DNA of 35,979 bases from Bacteroidia bacterium (GTDB lineage: Bacteria; Bacteroidota; Bacteroidia; 2-12-FULL-35-15): positions 1 to 35,979 of the forward strand of contig DASRRA010000002.1 in the NCBI GenBank assembly GCA_035696085.1, read 5' to 3'. Made by a program: the position numbers and the translations under genes. Shown one piece after another: positions 32,029 through 35,979 of the stretch. The notes under the pieces are model-generated. The model was not told the DNA's origin. It made no database searches and saw only the letters and a list, made by a program, of their open reading frames with translations. Every line of letters begins with the position of its first letter. Position 1 is the stretch's first letter.

Positions 32029-34286
32029 TGGCAAATAGAATAAAATTACGCAGAGGAACAAATGCAGAGGCAACAGCCAACAATCCTATATTAGCATTAG
32101 GAGAAATTGGTATTATAACTGATGCTTCTTCTGATGCTGTTAAATTAAAGATAGGCGATGGAGTTACAGCATGGAACTCATTACCGTATTTTGTTCCAGG
32201 TTCTTCAGGTGGTGGAACCTGGGGAAGTATTACGGGGACCTTATCAAATCAAGTAGACTTACAAAGTGCTTTAGATGCCAAACAAGATGATTTAACTTTT
32301 GATGTAACACCTATATATGGAAGCAGTAACCCAGTAACATCAGATGGAATTTATGATTCTTTAGCGACTAAGCAAGCAACCTTAGTTTCAGGAACTAATA
32401 TAAAAACAGTCGGAGGAACTACATTGTTAGGGTCAGGCGACGTAAATGTACAATCTGAACTTGGGAATATTGTTTATAATGAATTTTTAACAGCAGGCGA
32501 ATTAAGCTCATATACCAATGTAGGTGCTGCTACATTCTCATTTAATGTAGGTGGCGGATTAGATGTATCTAGTGGGAGTTCAACCTTTACAAGCTATTAT
32601 AAACATTCATGGTATACCTTACTTGTTGATTGGGAAATAACAGCAGAATTTATAAATGTTTCCAATGGCAATGGGATTTCTTTTGGTACTCCTGGATTGT
32701 TTGGGTTGATTGATTTAAACACAGCAGGGAACAGAGGACTATTTTATATTTACGGTGGAACAACTCCAACACTATTAGCTACAGCCTCAACAGCTATGAC
32801 GTTTACTAATGGTGATACATTAAGGATGTCACTAAAAAGGGCAGGTACTTATGTGACACTTCAAATTACAAATGTAACAACAAACACTAAATCAAGCCCT
32901 TTAGTATATAATCAAACGTTAGGATTAGTTGCTTCCAATGCACTTCAATCAACTGGTAACCCTGGGATATATGCTTATGGGGGATCTCAAAAGGTAACTA
33001 AATTTGTCTACTCTTCAATAGCTAAAAAACGTCCAGACCTTTTACTAATAGGAGATTCAAATACAGAAGGATGGTGTCAAGCCTATAATACTGTTACGTC
33101 ACTAACAGATGGATCGTTAAATACTACATATGCATATAGATTAATGGCTATGACTAATATGTCTATGGCTAGAATATGCAGACAGGGAGCCGCAACAGCA
33201 GATATTAACACAGCTATTAATGAGGCTTTATTAATCAATCCTAAATATGCAATTATTCATATAGGGACAAATGATGCAATATCATCAAGAACACAAGCAC
33301 AATATTTAGCAGATATGGCTACGCTTATAGCCTCGTTAACTACTGCTGGAATTATACCAATAATATGCAAGGTTATTCCTCATGTTACCGGTGCTGTAAA
33401 TACATTAATTACAAGTTACAATACAGGATTAGCAACAGCGTACGCATCTATATATACAGTAGTAGAAACAAACAGTAATATAAATGTTACTGATGATACT
33501 ACAGGAGTTCATTTAAATATGAAGGGTGCAGCTAAAATGGCATGGCTAGTAGCAGATGCACTTAGTAATATGGGTGCTGCTCCTGAAACAGATGTAAGTT
33601 TTGAAAGATACCTTTTAAACTTTCAAACTCCTTCCGCAGCGAAAAGAGTGCAAATGCATTTATATCCTTTAAATTCAGTTGGTGCATCTAAGGGGCCAAT
33701 GGTGGCAGGAAGATTAAATAATACTACTTCAGGTAGTGAGATTTCTGTACTTGAATTTTGGGGACATATTTCAAGCACTACTCAAGCAATGATGGCTAAT
33801 CTTTGGGGTGCAAGATTTGGTATAGGTACATCAGTAGGAGTACAACCGGTTGCATATCTTCATGCGAGAGCTGTAACATTAGGAGAAGAAGTATATAGAT
33901 ATGAAACCACCGCGACCAATGATGATCCTTATGTTGAAATGGTTCAAGGTAGAATCGCTACTACTGATGCAACTGTTACAACAGCAAGACAAGTAATATT
34001 AACAGCTTCAAAAACTCTTTATGCGACCGCTTTAGTAATTGCAAGAAGAACAGCAGGTTCAGCAGGTGCTACAGATGACACGGCTGTATATGAATTAAAG
34101 GCAGTTTGTAAGGGGACGGCTACTTTATCTGTAAATACTACCACAGTAGTGTATGAAGATCAAGCAGGCTGGGATTGTGTTTTTGATATTTCAGGAGGAG
34201 CTTTAAGGATTAGAGTAACAGGGGCAGTAAATAATACTATTACATGGCACGTATCAGAATTTAAATATTCATCAATAGGAACATAA
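32028..34286 (+). CDS. tail fibre/spike with an SGNH (GDSL) esterase domain
   Basis: N-terminus KLRRGT...NPILALGEIGIITD...KIGDGVTAWNSLPYF (conserved phage fibre anchor, Mtd_N-like). SGNH blocks: LLLIGDSNTEG (33051-59 = GDS), HIGTNDA, DDTTGVH. Confidence 0.8.
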   Translation: MANRIKLRRGTNAEATANNPILALGEIGIITDASSDAVKLKIGDGVTAWNSLPYFVPGSSGGGTWGSITGTLSNQVDLQSALDAKQDDLTFDVTPIYGSSNPVTSDGIYDSLATKQATLVSGTNIKTVGGTTLLGSGDVNVQSELGNIVYNEFLTAGELSSYTNVGAATFSFNVGGGLDVSSGSSTFTSYYKHSWYTLLVDWEITAEFINVSNGNGISFGTPGLFGLIDLNTAGNRGLFYIYGGTTPTLLATASTAMTFTNGDTLRMSLKRAGTYVTLQITNVTTNTKSSPLVYNQTLGLVASNALQSTGNPGIYAYGGSQKVTKFVYSSIAKKRPDLLLIGDSNTEGWCQAYNTVTSLTDGSLNTTYAYRLMAMTNMSMARICRQGAATADINTAINEALLINPKYAIIHIGTNDAISSRTQAQYLADMATLIASLTTAGIIPIICKVIPHVTGAVNTLITSYNTGLATAYASIYTVVETNSNINVTDDTTGVHLNMKGAAKMAWLVADALSNMGAAPETDVSFERYLLNFQTPSAAKRVQMHLYPLNSVGASKGPMVAGRLNNTTSGSEISVLEFWGHISSTTQAMMANLWGARFGIGTSVGVQPVAYLHARAVTLGEEVYRYETTATNDDPYVEMVQGRIATTDATVTTARQVILTASKTLYATALVIARRTAGSAGATDDTAVYELKAVCKGTATLSVNTTTVVYEDQAGWDCVFDISGGALRIRVTGAVNNTITWHVSEFKYSSIGT

Positions 34287-34411
34287 TGAGTAGAGAAGAA
34301 AAAATAATTAGAATTGAAGAGATTGAGAATCTTATTCAGTCATCACCTGAAGGAGAAATGGTTAATCAGTATAAAATAGAATTAGAAAGGCTTAAATCTC
34401 AGATAGAATAA
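34286..34411 (+). CDS. small coiled-coil ORF (41 aa, not in ORF track)
   Basis: TAATG couplings at both ends. EEKIIRIEEIENLI...ELERLKSQIE. Confidence 0.35.
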   Translation: MSREEKIIRIEEIENLIQSSPEGEMVNQYKIELERLKSQIE

Positions 34412-34602
34412 TGTCACAGATAAACCACTCTGATTTAGAAAATGCAAGCGAAAGCGGAATAATAGGAATAATGGTTTCTTTCCTTATAAGAGAAGTTATG
34501 CCTTGGGCTATTCATACAGTAGGAGCTTTATTTACAGCTGGGATAGTTGCGGTTGCTTTATTTTTTTTCAATAGGTGGTTAGGTAAAACTTTTAAGAAAT
34601 GA
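34411..34602 (+). CDS. putative holin
   Basis: 63 aa with two hydrophobic helices and a basic C-terminus (GKTFKK). Lies immediately upstream of the endolysin and overlaps it. Confidence 0.55.
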   Translation: MSQINHSDLENASESGIIGIMVSFLIREVMPWAIHTVGALFTAGIVAVALFFFNRWLGKTFKK

Positions 34603-35033
34603 AACATATCGAAGTAGCAATATCGCAATTAGACAAACAGGAAGTTCCAAGGGGTAGTAATTGGGGGCCGGATGTTAAAGGTTACCTTGGTTCAGTAGGT
34701 ATTAACTTCCCTGCTTCATGGTGCATGGCGTTTGTTTATTGGTGTGTAAAGACTTCGGGAATAGTAAACCCTCTTATTAAAACAGGAGGGTGTATAGCTC
34801 AATGGAATAAGATTGATAAAAAGTATAAAAAGAGTGAACCGTTAGCAGGAGATATTTTTATTCAAGATCATGGACATGGTTTAGGCCATACGGGAATAGT
34901 AGAGAAGGTCCAAGGAGATAAGATCTTTACTATCGAAGGTAATACCAATGACACGGGAAGCCGAGAGGGTTACGAAGTTTGCCGGAGAGTAAGAGACATT
35001 AAAAGTTGTATAGGATTTATAAGAATAATATAA
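34599..35033 (+). CDS. CHAP-domain peptidoglycan hydrolase (endolysin)
   Basis: ASWCMAFVYWC (catalytic Cys), GLGHTGIV (His) and TIEGNTND. Confidence 0.85.
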   Translation: MKHIEVAISQLDKQEVPRGSNWGPDVKGYLGSVGINFPASWCMAFVYWCVKTSGIVNPLIKTGGCIAQWNKIDKKYKKSEPLAGDIFIQDHGHGLGHTGIVEKVQGDKIFTIEGNTNDTGSREGYEVCRRVRDIKSCIGFIRII

Positions 35034-35034
35034 T

Positions 35035-35283
35035 ATGGAAAATAAAAGACTAATAACAATTTTAGGAATAGTATTCCTTGTAGCAACAATCTTGTTTGCA
35101 GGGGTTCCGGCATTACTTGACTTCATCCTGATTCTAAAGGACAAGAAACAGGATTATACCTTTAAACACAATTACTACATTTTAGGAGGCGGACTTATAA
35201 CAGGTCTTTTAATGGTTCTTTCTCCTAATACTATAGTAAGTTTAATAAACAGGTTTGCTTCAAGTAAACTGCCAAAGGAGTAA
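35035..35283 (+). CDS. membrane protein of the lysis cassette
   Basis: 82 aa with hydrophobic helices ILGIVFLVATILFAGVPALLDFILIL and ILGGGLITGLLMVL. Confidence 0.5.
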   Translation: MENKRLITILGIVFLVATILFAGVPALLDFILILKDKKQDYTFKHNYYILGGGLITGLLMVLSPNTIVSLINRFASSKLPKE

Positions 35284-35696
35284 TGCATCCAGTACCAAAA
35301 CATATCTATATAATATTTTCACTGGCTTTGCTAGCTCTTATTCTTTGGAGGTGGACAGAACCTAAAGAGGTCGTACATACACATACTATTCAGGATAAAA
35401 TAGTAACCGAGGAAAAGGAAGTTGTTAAGTGGAAAGCTCAAAAGGAGAAGATAATCTATACAACCAAATTTGACACTATTGTAACTAAGGAAATTATTTA
35501 CAGAGAGCTTTTAAAATGCGATAGTATAGTTAAAATAGACAGTTCAATAATTGCAGGACAAGATACTATCATAGCAGATCAAAAAGAACTTATAGCCTTA
35601 TCGGAAAAAGAGGTTAAAAAGCAAAAGAGGAAATTAGTATTTACTAAAGTAGTGGCAGGGGCTGTTATTGTAGCAACTATTCTACTGGTCAAATGA
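35283..35696 (+). CDS. membrane-anchored coiled-coil protein (spanin-like candidate)
   Basis: N-terminal TM (IYIIFSLALLALILW), a charged helical middle section and a C-terminal TM (VVAGAVIVATILLV). TAATG coupling upstream. Confidence 0.45.
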   Translation: MHPVPKHIYIIFSLALLALILWRWTEPKEVVHTHTIQDKIVTEEKEVVKWKAQKEKIIYTTKFDTIVTKEIIYRELLKCDSIVKIDSSIIAGQDTIIADQKELIALSEKEVKKQKRKLVFTKVVAGAVIVATILLVK

Positions 35697-35755
35697 TAGC
35701 TTTCTTAATTATAATAATGGTTGTTGTAGGGATTATATTTAGGATTAAGAAATAA
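35693..35755 (+). CDS. 20-aa hydrophobic peptide ORF
   Basis: ATGA overlap with the upstream gene. MIAFLIIIMVVVGIIFRIKK. Confidence 0.25.
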   Translation: MIAFLIIIMVVVGIIFRIKK

Positions 35756-35782
35756 CGCCTATGCCGTTACGTACATAACATA

Positions 35783-35979
35783 ATGAAAGCACGCAGAGTT
35801 AAGCTCAGTGATTCAGAATTTTTTCACCTTAAAAAGCTAAGAGAACAGCGAGATAACACCTACAACTTACTTGTAATTTCTGATCCACACGGGGTACTTC
35901 TTTGTAAACGTTCTTATTCCTGTTTTCTAGAGATCATAAAACACAATCACTTTAACGAGATATTAATTAATGGCGATTT
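35783..35979 (+). CDS. calcineurin-like metallophosphoesterase, N-terminal fragment (runs off the window)
   Basis: LLVISDPHG (motif I, DxH) and ILINGD (motif II, GD) at the correct spacing. Open to the window edge. Confidence 0.6.
   Translation, partial: MKARRVKLSDSEFFHLKKLREQRDNTYNLLVISDPHGVLLCKRSYSCFLEIIKHNHFNEILINGD

Noticed and set aside
32028-32200. Mtd_N-like fibre N-terminus as a hint of a diversity-generating retroelement
   Set aside because: No reverse transcriptase gene and no template/variable repeat pair were seen anywhere in the window. This N-terminal anchor is widespread in fibres that are not DGR targets.
1047-35144. Minus-strand ORFs of 60-218 aa in the six-frame track (e.g. 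1047-1235, 1477-1785, 2105-2380, 4367-4606, 5113-5418, 6089-6449, 7627-7815, 10400-10597, 13660-13848, 14115-14363, 16307-16516, 18821-19225, 20327-20617, 20777-20974, 23018-23200, 25460-26088, 28793-29126, 34881-35144)
   Set aside because: Each lies entirely antisense to a well-supported + strand gene. Their composition is low-complexity and rich in S/L/F/I/C. They have no start context and no motif. They are shadow ORFs typical of AT-rich DNA. Only 18461-18802 (-) was kept.
1-35979. Searched for CRISPR arrays, an integrase/excisionase or repressor switch, transposases, rRNA, and terminal direct repeats between the window ends
   Set aside because: None were seen. There are no regularly spaced repeats, no tyrosine or serine recombinase motifs, and the two window ends share no obvious similarity. 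Lifestyle (temperate versus lytic) therefore cannot be stated from this window.

Overview
AT-rich, gene-dense window with every convincing gene but one on the + strand. It reads as most of a tailed-phage (Caudoviricetes) genome. The host is probably Bacteroidota-like, an inference from TAnnTTTG-type -7 boxes and weak Shine-Dalgarno usage. Order of content: (1) a tRNA-like element at 64-140. (2) An early/replication module at 245-10304: MazG, an SSB-like protein, a PD-(D/E)xK nuclease, a replication organiser, a T7 gp4-like primase-helicase, a DnaA-domain-IV-like protein and many tiny or zinc-ribbon ORFs. (3) Small and large terminase at 10311-11793. (4) A TM2 membrane protein and an ORF pair linked by a T7 slippery run. 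(5) Two giant tail or baseplate-like proteins with a Cys-rich mini-ORF between them. (6) A single antisense lipoprotein gene. (7) Tape measure, ClpP-type protease/scaffold, capsid and a tube-like protein. (8) A roughly 5.6 kb glycosyltransferase + methyltransferase operon at 24229-29772, bounded upstream by a terminator and promoter-like boxes and sitting inside the structural module. This is the most system-like and least expected content. (9) A portal-like gene, an SGNH-esterase tail fibre, a lysis cassette (holin, CHAP endolysin, membrane proteins) and a truncated metallophosphoesterase. No integrase, transposase, CRISPR array, rRNA or reverse transcriptase was seen. All functional calls come from motifs read by eye in the translations. 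No HMM, BLAST or structure search could be run, so family names are hypotheses to confirm.
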